Part shown: in pieces, positions 19,135 to 28,083 of the stretch
Position numbering within the stretch: the stretch's first letter is position 1
How the letters are laid out: each line of letters opens with the position of its first letter
Assembly (NCBI GenBank): GCA_040390065.1
Contig: JAZJZE010000004.1
Location: 32,001-96,000 of the forward strand
From: a bacterium
GTDB taxonomy: Archaea > Thermoplasmatota > E2 > JACPAO01 > JAHFTW01
Length of the DNA stretch: 64,000 nucleotides
Direction: 5' to 3'
Notes under the pieces: generated by a model
Seen by the model: the letters and a program-made list of their open reading frames with translations, nothing else
Databases searched by the model: none
Told to the model about the DNA's origin: nothing
Program-made: the position numbers and the translations under genes

Positions 19135-19422
19135 CCCCCCACCTGGATTGTTATCTGAGAGTATTTCCCGTATGTCTGCAAATAGGAACGCGCCCTGCCG
19201 CAGCCAGCCGCAATGTTATCAGAGTGGGCATAAACCCCCCCTGGTTTGTTCGGCTCCCCGCGGGGCCTTTGGCCTGCGAGGTTCCTGGCCCTGCCGGGAA
19301 GGGATGGGGCGAAGCAAGCTTCGCCGAGGCTCTGGAGGATGCCAGGGCCCGATGCACAGGGATGAAGACGGCGACGGATGGGCGCCGGCGGACCCAAGCC
19401 ATCTGACAGGGAGTGTTGCACC

Positions 19423-22400
19423 GTGAGCAAAGTCGAGATCCACTTGGAGAGCAAGGCGTTCGTCCGCGAGGGCGAGCGGCATGGCGTCCATTCTGCACCC
19501 GCCCCCGGCGCCTCGGCGTCCGGCAAGGCGACCGCGGCCCCCGTGAAGGGCTTGCACATCGACCGCCACTACACGAAGCCGGGCACCGACGCCTTCGCAG
19601 ACGTGCAGTGGACGACGCGCAAGTCCGTCATCAAGGAGCCCGACGGCACCGTCGTCTTCGCCGTCGATGCGTGCGAGGTCCCGAAAGAGTGGAGCCAACT
19701 CGCCACCGACATCATCGTCTCCAAGTACTTCCGCAAGGCCGGCGTCCCGCAAGCTGACGGATCGCTTGGCGGCGAGACATCTGCCGGGCAAGTCGTGCAC
19801 CGCATCGCCAACTCGGTGCGTTGGTGGGGTGAGCAGCACGGCTACTTCGCCACGCGCGCCGACGCCGACGCCTTCGAGGCCGAGCTCAAGCACATGATGA
19901 TCACGCAGAAGGGCGCCTTCAACAGCCCCGTCTGGTTCAACTGCGGCCACGCCCACGTCTACGGCATCCAAGGCTCCGGCGGCAACTGGGCGGCCCACGA
20001 AGAGACCGGCCAGGTCGAGCAGGTCCGCCACAACTACACGCGGCCGCAATGCAGCGCCTGCTTCATCCAGCGCGTCGAGGACAACCTCGTCGAGCGCAAG
20101 GGCATCTTCGAGCTCCTCGCCTCCGAGGCGCGTCTTTTCAAGTACGGCTCGGGCACGGGCTCCAACTTTAGTCGCCTGCGCAGCAAGTACGAGAAGCTCT
20201 CTGGCGGCGGAACGTCCAGCGGCCTCATGAGTTTCCTCAAGGTCCTCGACGCCGGCGCAGGCGCCACCAAGTCCGGCGGCACGACGCGACGGGCGGCCAA
20301 GATGGTCAGCCTCGACATGGATCACCCAGAGATCGAGGATTTCATCAACTGGAAGGCCCGCGAAGAGAAGAAGGTCGCAGCCCTCATCGCAGCCGGCTAC
20401 GACTCCGACTTCAACGGCGACGCCTACGGCACGGTGTCGGGGCAGAACTCCAACAACTCCGTACGCATCACGGACGACTTCATGGCCGCCGTCGCCGCCG
20501 ACGCGCCGTGGAACACGACCAGCCGCATGAACCCGGGCGAAGTCGTGAAGACGTACAAGGCCAAGGACCTCTGGGACCAGATCGCCTTCGCGGCGTGGGC
20601 CTGCGCCGACCCCGGCACGCAGTACGACACCACGATCAACACGTGGCACACCTGCAAGGCGACGGACCGCATCTACGGCTCCAACCCCTGCAGCGAGTAC
20701 ATGTTCCTAGACGACACCGCCTGCAACCTTGCCAGCCTGAACTTGATGAAGTTCCTGAAGGCTGACGGCACGTTCGACCTCGAGTCGTACCGGCACGCCA
20801 TCCGCGTCTTCTTCGTCGCGCAGGAGATTCTGGTCGGCTACTCGTCGTACCCCACGCGCGACATCGCCAAGAACAGCGAAGACTACAGGCCCCTTGGCCT
20901 TGGCTACGCGAATCTTGGCACCTTGCTCATGACGACGGGACACCCGTACGATTCCCCGGACGGTCGCGCCATCGCGGGCGCCCTCACGGCCATCCTGACG
21001 GGTCACGCCTACCGTGTGAGCGCCGAGATGGCGGCCGTGAAGGGCGGCTTCCGCGGCCTCGACGTCACGGATGCCTCCGGCAAGTCGAATCACGAGTACA
21101 TGTCCGAGGTCGTCGGCATGCACCTTGCGGCGGCTCGTCTTCTTCGCGCCACGGGTTCGCCGCTGTCGCAGATGGAAGGCATGGACCTCAAGTCGCACGG
21201 CCTTGCGGACCTCGGGAAGGGCAACCTCAACGCCACGAAGAACCGGACGCTCACCATCTACGCCGAGTTGTTCGATGCGGCGGTCGAGGACTGGGAAGCG
21301 GCCCTCGAACTTGGCCGCAGCAACGGCTGGCGCAACGCGCAAGCCACGGTCCTTGCCCCGACGGGGACGATCGGCTTGCTGATGGATTGCGACACGACGG
21401 GCGTCGAGCCGGACTTCACCATGGTGAAATTCAAGAAGCTCGCTGGGGGTGGTTACTTCAAGATCATCAACCAGAGCATCCCGGCGGCTTTGCGCTTCCT
21501 CGGGTACACCGAGGGCGAGATCAAGGCCGTCGAGAAGTACGCCATCGGCCACGGCACCCTGGAGGGAGCGCCCGTGTCGAAGCAGACGTTCCGCGAGCGC
21601 GGCTTTACGGAGGAGGAGTACCAGGAGGCCTACGACGCCGTCGCGCTCGCGAAGGGCTTCAACGAGTACACTCCCAAAATCAACCCGAAGACGATGAAGG
21701 ACAAGGGCTTCTCGGGACAAGCCATCCATGCGCTGCAAGCGTACGTCGAGGGCCACCAGACGGTCGAGGGCAGCCTCGTCAAGAAGGAGCACCTCGCCAT
21801 CTTCGATTGCGCCAACAAGTGCGGCGACGGCGAGCGCTTCATCCACCACACGGGCCACCTCCGCATGATGGCCGCGGCGCAACCGTTCCTCTCGGGCGCC
21901 ATCTCGAAGACCATCAACATGCCACACGAGGTCGGCGTCGCCGACGTGCGCGATGCATACGAGATGGGCTGGAAGTTGCAACTCAAGGCCGTCGCCCTCT
22001 ACCGTGACGGCTGCAAGCTCAGCCAACCCTTGCAGACGGCGAAGTCCAAGAAGGACAAGGACGCCGCCGCCGAGACGACGGCGGCCCCGGCGACGGTCGT
22101 CATCCCCGGCATCGGCCACGGCGAAATCGAGAAGCCGCCGCAGGAGAACGACCAGGGCTTCAAGCGCACCGTCACCATCTTCACGGCGTACGGCCAGGAG
22201 AAGGTCGACATTCAGGTGTGGGAGTACCCCGACGGCAGGCCCTGCGAGATCTTCGTAGGCGCAAGAAAGTCCGGCACCCTCGTCGACAATTTCCTCAAGG
22301 AGATCGGCAAGAACTACAGCCGCAACCTGCAACTCGGCATGACGCTCGACGACCTCACGCGCAAGCTCATCAACGAGCACGGGCCGCTTGGCGGTCAGAC

Positions 22401-22785
22401 CGACCACAAGTACATCAAGAGCTGTCTCGGCATCCAGGACCTGTTGGGCAAGATGCTGCGTTACGAGTACTTCGGCGAAACCGCTTTCCTCAGTGTCAAG
22501 CCGGACCCGGCGGACCCGACGTACGTGCCGACGCGCAAGGAAACCCTCGAGATCCTCGCCATCGCCAAGCACCGCCCCAAGGGGGAGAAGACGCTTGCCG
22601 ACTTCGCGCCCAAGCCTGTCGAACTGGAGAAGAAACTCGGCAAGGCGACGACGTCGGACCCGAACGAATTCCTCGCGGGACTGGGCGGGGACGCGCCCGA
22701 CTGCGACCAGTGCGGACACACGACGGTGCGCAACGGTGCGTGCTACAAGTGTTTGAACTGCGGGAACTCGATGGGTTGCAGTTAG
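19423..22785 (+). CDS. nrdJ: Class II (adenosylcobalamin-dependent) ribonucleotide reductase with C-terminal TSCPD-like and Zn-ribbon domains
   Basis: FNSPVWFN, PQCSACFI, SNPCSEY, TACNLASLN, APTGTIG, GAISKTIN, C-terminal CDQC...CLNCGNSMGCS; GTG start inferred. Confidence 0.96.
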   Translation: MSKVEIHLESKAFVREGERHGVHSAPAPGASASGKATAAPVKGLHIDRHYTKPGTDAFADVQWTTRKSVIKEPDGTVVFAVDACEVPKEWSQLATDIIVSKYFRKAGVPQADGSLGGETSAGQVVHRIANSVRWWGEQHGYFATRADADAFEAELKHMMITQKGAFNSPVWFNCGHAHVYGIQGSGGNWAAHEETGQVEQVRHNYTRPQCSACFIQRVEDNLVERKGIFELLASEARLFKYGSGTGSNFSRLRSKYEKLSGGGTSSGLMSFLKVLDAGAGATKSGGTTRRAAKMVSLDMDHPEIEDFINWKAREEKKVAALIAAGYDSDFNGDAYGTVSGQNSNNSVRITDDFMAAVAADAPWNTTSRMNPGEVVKTYKAKDLWDQIAFAAWACADPGTQYDTTINTWHTCKATDRIYGSNPCSEYMFLDDTACNLASLNLMKFLKADGTFDLESYRHAIRVFFVAQEILVGYSSYPTRDIAKNSEDYRPLGLGYANLGTLLMTTGHPYDSPDGRAIAGALTAILTGHAYRVSAEMAAVKGGFRGLDVTDASGKSNHEYMSEVVGMHLAAARLLRATGSPLSQMEGMDLKSHGLADLGKGNLNATKNRTLTIYAELFDAAVEDWEAALELGRSNGWRNAQATVLAPTGTIGLLMDCDTTGVEPDFTMVKFKKLAGGGYFKIINQSIPAALRFLGYTEGEIKAVEKYAIGHGTLEGAPVSKQTFRERGFTEEEYQEAYDAVALAKGFNEYTPKINPKTMKDKGFSGQAIHALQAYVEGHQTVEGSLVKKEHLAIFDCANKCGDGERFIHHTGHLRMMAAAQPFLSGAISKTINMPHEVGVADVRDAYEMGWKLQLKAVALYRDGCKLSQPLQTAKSKKDKDAAAETTAAPATVVIPGIGHGEIEKPPQENDQGFKRTVTIFTAYGQEKVDIQVWEYPDGRPCEIFVGARKSGTLVDNFLKEIGKNYSRNLQLGMTLDDLTRKLINEHGPLGGQTDHKYIKSCLGIQDLLGKMLRYEYFGETAFLSVKPDPADPTYVPTRKETLEILAIAKHRPKGEKTLADFAPKPVELEKKLGKATTSDPNEFLAGLGGDAPDCDQCGHTTVRNGACYKCLNCGNSMGCS

Positions 22786-23123
22786 CCATCCCCTTGCGGA
22801 CCGTTAGTCCGGCAGACCAGACTCATCCAGCCGGACAAGCACGTCGCCGGGTAGGGAGGTCGTGCCCCACCAGCCCGTTGCGTTCGACATGCGAAGCGTG
22901 TACGTAGGACCGCTGCCGCTGAATCCGCAAAAGCCGGAGACCGGAAGCTCGTATTTCCTTCGCCGCGGCGTCGGCGCGTCGCAGGTGGCGGGACCCTCCT
23001 TCGGGACTCCTTTGGAACCGCCTTCGATAGGCCTTGACCATCTCCCGCCCGCGCCGCTCGCACGCACACACCAGCGCCTGTCCGACGCCCCTTACGTCAT
23101 CGACGCCATCACAGCAGTAGTCG

Positions 23124-23378
23124 ATGCAGCCGCCGCCGCGCCGCCTCAAGGCCAATCCGACGTTGCGGACCCTGCACGAGATTGAGCGCGTCCTTCGGGC
23201 GGCAGCCAGGAACGACGAGCCGCCGCTGTCGCTGCGTGATATCCGTCTGCGCCTGCGCGTCACGACGCATTCGCCCAACGTCATCACGGCGGCAATCGAC
23301 GAGTTCGTGCGGCGCGGCGTCGCTACCGTGGGGCCTCGCGGAGTCCAATGGCTGACTGTGCCAGATGGAACGACCTGA
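23124..23378 (+). CDS. Small winged-helix-like protein
   Basis: NPTLRTLHEIERVLR...LSLRDIRLRL...IDEFVRRG..GVQW pattern. Confidence 0.6.
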   Translation: MQPPPRRLKANPTLRTLHEIERVLRAAARNDEPPLSLRDIRLRLRVTTHSPNVITAAIDEFVRRGVATVGPRGVQWLTVPDGTT

Positions 23379-23448
23379 CCAAACCACCAAAGAATCCGAT
23401 GATACCGAATGCTGTCAAGTCGGCGTCATCCCCGTTTCAATGGCGTCG

Positions 23449-24990
23449 TCACGCGACGACAAACGCCGCCGGACTCGTCATCGGGTGCTCCACGTCATAG
23501 TGAACGGAATACACGCCCGACAATCCGTCGTAGATGACCAAGTCGTAATTCGCATCTGGGAAAACGTCGAGAACAAACGGCGCGTAGTCGTATCCGCCCG
23601 TCGGCTTTCGGCCGTTCTGGGGTCCGCCGTCGGGGACGAAGACGCCGACCGTCGGGGGCGCCTTCATCGCCTCGGGGTGGTCGAGGTCGAGGGTGAAGGC
23701 CCAGACGCCGCCGTGGTACATGGCGACGAAGACGGTGTTGTTCTGGATGCGGAAGTAGTGGGTGCTGTAAAGTTCGACGCCGCCCCAGTCCTGCTGCGTG
23801 TCGACGGGCAGCGTCCAGCGGCCGACTTCCTTGATGTTCGTCGGGTCCGTGTCGTCGAGGATGTAGATCCAGCCGCTTGGGCGGTTCGTCGGGTGCTGCA
23901 CGAATTCCTGTCCGGCGAGGAGGTAGTGGTGGCCGTCGTGCACGCCAGGAATGCTGCGGGTGCTGTGCAGGGCCCCGTTGTCCGCCCCGGAATCTGCCCA
24001 TTGGCCGAGGCGAACGGGGGCTTGCGGGATGCTGAAGTCGAGGATGATCAGGCCGCCGTCCCAGTCGCTGAGGTAGACGACGGGCTTGTTCGTGACCGGG
24101 TGGACCGCGATTTCTGCGTCGACGTGGCCGTTGACGACCGCCGTCGGCGTGCCGTATTGTCCGGCATCGACGAGGGAGTCTTGGATGAGTTTGCTGCCTC
24201 CAGTCGGAAGGTCCTGCAGTTGGAAGAACTGGAAATAGCTCCCTTGGTGCGCGAGGTTCGTGATGCTCGACGCGACGTACGTGGTTCCGCCGATGATCTG
24301 CGTGGAGACGCTGTGCGGTCCGAGGACCGGGGCCGGGTACAGGTCCTCGAAGGCCGGATGCATGACGTCGGCCAGGGAGACGAGGATGGTGCTGGGTCCC
24401 GCGGCGACGGTCTGGTCGGGGCCATGCACGGTCTGCCCGGTGCAAGCGTTACGGAAGGATGGGTGCAGCGTGACCATGCCAAGCACGCCAGGCGGGTCCG
24501 GCTGCTTCGTCGGTGAGATGTCCGCGGCGACGACGACGTGCTTGCCGTCGGGAGTGATGTCGACGTCGTACGTCTGCGCGTAGTCGAGAACGTAGTCGCC
24601 GAGGTGCTTGGGGTGCAACGGGTCCGTGTTGTCGACCAGGACGAAGGCGACCGAGGTGTCGTACGAGGAGATGACGGTGAGGCGGCGCCCGTCCGCGGTC
24701 TTGCCCTCGCCGCCGCAGAAGTAACCGCCAGCCGTCGCGTTGCCAAAGGCGGGGATGCCCAATGGGTCGTGCGCGAGTTCCACCATGTTCGGCGTCGAGA
24801 GGTTGAGATGCTGCGTCCAGTCGCGGTGGCTGTGGCCGTGCTCGGCCGTCGGGATGGCGTGGCTGGCCCAGGACGTGTCCAGGCTCACGGCCGGTTGCGT
24901 CGTGGATGTCGTCGTCGGGGCCGGGGAGCCGGAGCAGCCGGCCACCGCCGCGAAGGCCAGGGTCGCGGCCAACAGGATGGATTTGTGCAT
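23449..24990 (-). CDS. LVIVD-repeat beta-propeller lipoprotein
   Basis: Lipobox AVAGC; repeats FVLVDNTDPLHP, LIILDFSIPQAP, IYILDDTDPTNIKEVG, MYHGGVW. Confidence 0.85.
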   Translation of the reverse strand: MHKSILLAATLAFAAVAGCSGSPAPTTTSTTQPAVSLDTSWASHAIPTAEHGHSHRDWTQHLNLSTPNMVELAHDPLGIPAFGNATAGGYFCGGEGKTADGRRLTVISSYDTSVAFVLVDNTDPLHPKHLGDYVLDYAQTYDVDITPDGKHVVVAADISPTKQPDPPGVLGMVTLHPSFRNACTGQTVHGPDQTVAAGPSTILVSLADVMHPAFEDLYPAPVLGPHSVSTQIIGGTTYVASSITNLAHQGSYFQFFQLQDLPTGGSKLIQDSLVDAGQYGTPTAVVNGHVDAEIAVHPVTNKPVVYLSDWDGGLIILDFSIPQAPVRLGQWADSGADNGALHSTRSIPGVHDGHHYLLAGQEFVQHPTNRPSGWIYILDDTDPTNIKEVGRWTLPVDTQQDWGGVELYSTHYFRIQNNTVFVAMYHGGVWAFTLDLDHPEAMKAPPTVGVFVPDGGPQNGRKPTGGYDYAPFVLDVFPDANYDLVIYDGLSGVYSVHYDVEHPMTSPAAFVVA

Positions 24991-25081
24991 GGCTCCGGCA
25001 CGGCGCGGGGCCCTTGAAACCTGCGGCCTTCGCCACGGCCACGCCAAGACTCAATTAGGCCCCGGCGGGATTTGTCGCCCC

Positions 25082-25528
25082 ATGCACCGGTCCATCCTCC
25101 TGACGATGCTTGCATTGCTCCTTCTTGCCGGATGCTCGACGCCCGGGCCCGCCCCCGAGGCTGCGCCTTCGCCGCCGTCGCAGGCCACGGGTTCCGCCAA
25201 CGCAACGTACCAACACGCGACGCTTGCGAGCAAAGACTTGGTCGTCAGCGCCGCCGCGGGGGACACATTGCAACTCATGGTGCCGGCGGGGGCCCGAAAC
25301 GTCACGGTCCGCGGCACCTTCACGCAGGCCAACATGAACGACTTCAAGGTCGCCATTTCCGGCTGCGGCACCGCGGACTATTCGGCCATCGTGGCTGCGA
25401 CGGTCCTCGGCTCCATTGGACCCATTGACGCCTGTGCCACACCTATGCCTGGCGCCCAGACCGCCACTGTCTCCGTGACCGGTGAGTACCAAGGCAGCGT
25501 CACCATCGACGCCGACGTGCCAGCATAG
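25082..25528 (+). CDS. Hypothetical lipoprotein
   Basis: Lipobox MHRSILLTMLALLLLAGC; beta-rich mature part. Confidence 0.75.
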   Translation: MHRSILLTMLALLLLAGCSTPGPAPEAAPSPPSQATGSANATYQHATLASKDLVVSAAAGDTLQLMVPAGARNVTVRGTFTQANMNDFKVAISGCGTADYSAIVAATVLGSIGPIDACATPMPGAQTATVSVTGEYQGSVTIDADVPA

Positions 25529-25585
25529 TCTTGCTGCGTTGCCGTCGCCGACGCAGCCAAGAGGCCGCAGCGCCCCAGGGATGCC

Positions 25586-25993
25586 GTGGCGCCGTCCGAC
25601 GTCTTCAGCCGGTTCGCCCGCTGGGCGGCCCGCCTGTCCGGGCATGGCATCGCATTCGCCGCCGCCATGCTGCTGATTGCCGGCTGGGCAGTGTCGGGGC
25701 CCCTGTTCGGCTTCAGTGACACGTGGCAACTCACCATCAACACGGCGACGACGGTGGTCACCTTCCTCATGGTCTTCATCATCCAGAACACGCAGCTGCG
25801 CGACATGGAAGCCTTACAGATCAAGGTGGACGAGATCCTGCGGGCCTCGGCGCGGGCCGACAACGCCATGCTCGACCTCGAGAATTTGCCCGAGGAGCGG
25901 TTGGAGCGTATCCAGGAGGAGTACGCTCGCATGGCCCATCAGGCGCGTCGGCGGCACGGGGCGCGTCGCCGCAACTCAAAACCACCAGTCTAG
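25586..25993 (+). CDS. Low-affinity iron permease family protein (Fet4-like, single domain)
   Basis: GPLFGFSDTWQLTINTATTVVTFLMVFIIQNTQ..D..ALQIKVDE signature. Confidence 0.9.
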   Translation: MAPSDVFSRFARWAARLSGHGIAFAAAMLLIAGWAVSGPLFGFSDTWQLTINTATTVVTFLMVFIIQNTQLRDMEALQIKVDEILRASARADNAMLDLENLPEERLERIQEEYARMAHQARRRHGARRRNSKPPV

Positions 25994-26333
25994 AGGGCAG
26001 GGGGGTCCAGGTCGCTCGGTCTTGGCGCCCGGGGCCGTGCTGGGGGGCGGCGGTCGCCGGGAGGGGCAGGACGGTCAGGATCGACGGGGCGTCCAGGCTT
26101 GGCGGGTCGGCCTGGTTGGCCGGGCTTGGGAGGCGGCGGTACATCGTCGGGCCGCGGTCCGGTTGGCGCGCTTGGCATGACAGACATTTTGGCTTCACCT
26201 TGCAATAAGGGTGCGCCTGCTCCGGAGAAGCCTGGCCAAACGTCGCGAGGCCGTTGGCGGCATCGCAGGATACTTCGTTTCGGCCAAGGTTGTCCCAACA
26301 AGGTTTTTCGTGACGGACTTTCATGGTCGGGGC

Positions 26334-26750
26334 ATGGCAGCAAATCTAGCTCCCGTGTACGTCAACGACGCCCGCATCACCTTGCAGGGCGACCCGAAAC
26401 CCAACGTCTGGAAGATTATCGAGGTCTTGGGCAAGCAACCCAACGACTGCGAGGTCGTGCGGCTGCAAGGCCAGATGGACGTTCAGGGCAAGACTCTCAG
26501 CCCCAACGACGTCATCGACCGCACTTCCGGGGCAGACAGCCCCGTCTACCTGAAGTGCATCGACCGCAATGACCCCAGTTCGGCCGGCTTCAAGGGCAAG
26601 GCAGCACCGGCCGGCAAGTTCGGCACGACCCCGACGTCCAGCCCGGCCAAGCCGACCATGAAGGGCCATGACAAGGGGCCGCAAGAGGAATCCGCGACGG
26701 CCGGCAAGGGCGAACCGACCTTCGGGACCTCAGAGGAAGCAGATTACTAG
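26334..26750 (+). CDS. Hypothetical protein, possible beta-grasp domain plus low-complexity tail
   Basis: Good codon bias; compact domain of about 80 aa followed by a K/P/T/E-rich tail. Confidence 0.65.
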   Translation: MAANLAPVYVNDARITLQGDPKPNVWKIIEVLGKQPNDCEVVRLQGQMDVQGKTLSPNDVIDRTSGADSPVYLKCIDRNDPSSAGFKGKAAPAGKFGTTPTSSPAKPTMKGHDKGPQEESATAGKGEPTFGTSEEADY

Positions 26751-26797
26751 CGCGACGACCCCGATAGGGCTACAAGCCGGGCCAAATTGGCCATCGC

Positions 26798-27811
26798 ATG
26801 CGTCGCGGCGTTGCAGCCCTGCTCTTGGTCGTCTCCGCCGCGGGCGGCACCATGTTCGCCCTCATCCCCGTCCTGCCCTGGCTGCGTTGGCTTGGCCTCG
26901 CCGTGTGCCTGCTGGCCTTCTTCATCGCCATGGGTTGGCTGCTCTCCGGCGTCCCCCAAGGCATTTTCGTCGGCAAGGGAAAGACCTGGAGCCTCAGCAT
27001 CACCCAGGCCCTCCTGTGGACCGTCATCCTGCTGCCCGCCGTCCTCACCGTTTGGCTGGCGCGCTTGGGTCATGCCGGGCCCGCGGACGTCCAGATCAGC
27101 AACGAGCTCCTTCTTCTCATGGGTCTCCCCATTGCGTCATTGACCGGTGCCGCCGCCATCACGGCGGGCAAGGCCCGCAACCGCAGGACCCCGGTCAATC
27201 TCGACCAGAACCAAGTGGACTACGTGCACAAGCACCTGGATGCCTTCTGGGCGGGCTACCTCGATAGTCGCCCTGAGACGCCGGCTGGGGAGGCGCGCCA
27301 GGCCCCGCCCAAATTTCCCCGCGCCGTCGAGACGGCACTCAATGCTTCACCGGAGGCGCGGCCGGAGAGCCTGACCGACCTGCGCAAGTTGTCGCACGTT
27401 GCGGCCAGGGTGGAAGCCGGGTCGATGGGGGCCCGCCCGGCAGGGCCGCAGGATCCCGTCGTCACGGCCTTCATGGACTACCTCGACCAGTACATGGCGA
27501 AGGCGCGGCGCGGGGTCGTGGTTGTGAACCTGGACCGCAAGGAGGCGCGGCCGTCGGACATGCTAAGCGGCGACGAGGTCGGCGACGCGGATGGAACGGA
27601 CTTTGGCAAGGTGCAGTACTTCGTCGTCAGTTTGCTGGCCATGGTGGCGTACATCGTCATGTTGCTGCAGTTCCTCGGCCGCGACGGGCTCTGCAATGGC
27701 ACGGCGGAGTGCGCGCTTCCCGCTGCGCAAGGGGCGTTGACCGGAATGCTGCTCACGAGCACCGTGGGGTACCTCGGGTTGAAGGGCGCACCCAGCACCC
27801 CGACGAACTAG
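26798..27811 (+). CDS. Hypothetical multi-pass membrane protein
   Basis: WSLSITQALLWT, LLMGLPIAS, DFGKVQYF and YLGLK motifs in two hydrophobic blocks. Confidence 0.75.
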   Translation: MRRGVAALLLVVSAAGGTMFALIPVLPWLRWLGLAVCLLAFFIAMGWLLSGVPQGIFVGKGKTWSLSITQALLWTVILLPAVLTVWLARLGHAGPADVQISNELLLLMGLPIASLTGAAAITAGKARNRRTPVNLDQNQVDYVHKHLDAFWAGYLDSRPETPAGEARQAPPKFPRAVETALNASPEARPESLTDLRKLSHVAARVEAGSMGARPAGPQDPVVTAFMDYLDQYMAKARRGVVVVNLDRKEARPSDMLSGDEVGDADGTDFGKVQYFVVSLLAMVAYIVMLLQFLGRDGLCNGTAECALPAAQGALTGMLLTSTVGYLGLKGAPSTPTN

Positions 27812-27972
27812 CGTCTTCCGCATAAGTCGCCTGACGTCCGGCTGCACGGAGCCGACCGTCCGCGGCGTCAGGCGCCCTTGCCGTACCTCCAGTACGGCCG
27901 CGGACGTCTTCCTTGCGGCCGGCACGCTGCGCGATACCCGGACGGACAGACGACTTCTGCTTCAGACTCTAG
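27808..27972. mobile_element. MITE-like structured element flanked by CTAG
   Basis: Imperfect TIRs CTAGCGTCTTCCGCATAAGTCG / CGACTTCTGCTTCAGACTCTAG (17/22); internal hairpin GCCGTAC-CTCCA-GTACGGC; sits on the stop codon of the upstream gene. Confidence 0.55.
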
Positions 27973-28069
27973 GCCCCGAAGCGCTTCCTCTGCAACCCTC
28001 CCTTCACCTCGAAGATTTGAGGACTACACCTGAAGGCGAAAATGGTCTGGACCAGAAACAGAGGGGTGG
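27973..28069. promoter_or_regulatory. Cluster of ORB-like motifs
   Basis: GTTGCAGAGGAAGCGCTTCGGGG (-), CTTCGAGGTGAAGGGAGGGT (-), CTGGACCAGAAACAGAGGGGTGG (+). Confidence 0.42.
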
Positions 28070-28083
28070 CGAGCCGACAGCTT

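Noticed and set aside
19180-19360. Cobalamin or SAM riboswitch upstream of B12-dependent nrdJ (AATAGGAA, CCGCAATGT, GGGAAG, TTATCAGAG fragments)
   Set aside because: Core elements (GGTGnAAnTCC T-loop, GCCACTG, B12 box; SAM P1-P4) are missing. An Infernal/Rfam scan would be decisive.
19423-22785. Intein in NrdJ
   Set aside because: No C...HN splice junctions or LAGLIDADG motifs; the extra length is explained by insertions and C-terminal domains.
22804-23185. ORFs 22804..23067 (-) and 22862..23185 (+) after nrdJ
   Set aside because: No recognisable motifs and weak codon bias; possibly a gene remnant but not supportable.
25990-26343. Pro-rich minus-strand ORF
   Set aside because: Low complexity with no homology cue. 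A 65-aa version could be real, since its stop overlaps at CTAG, but the evidence is too thin to call.
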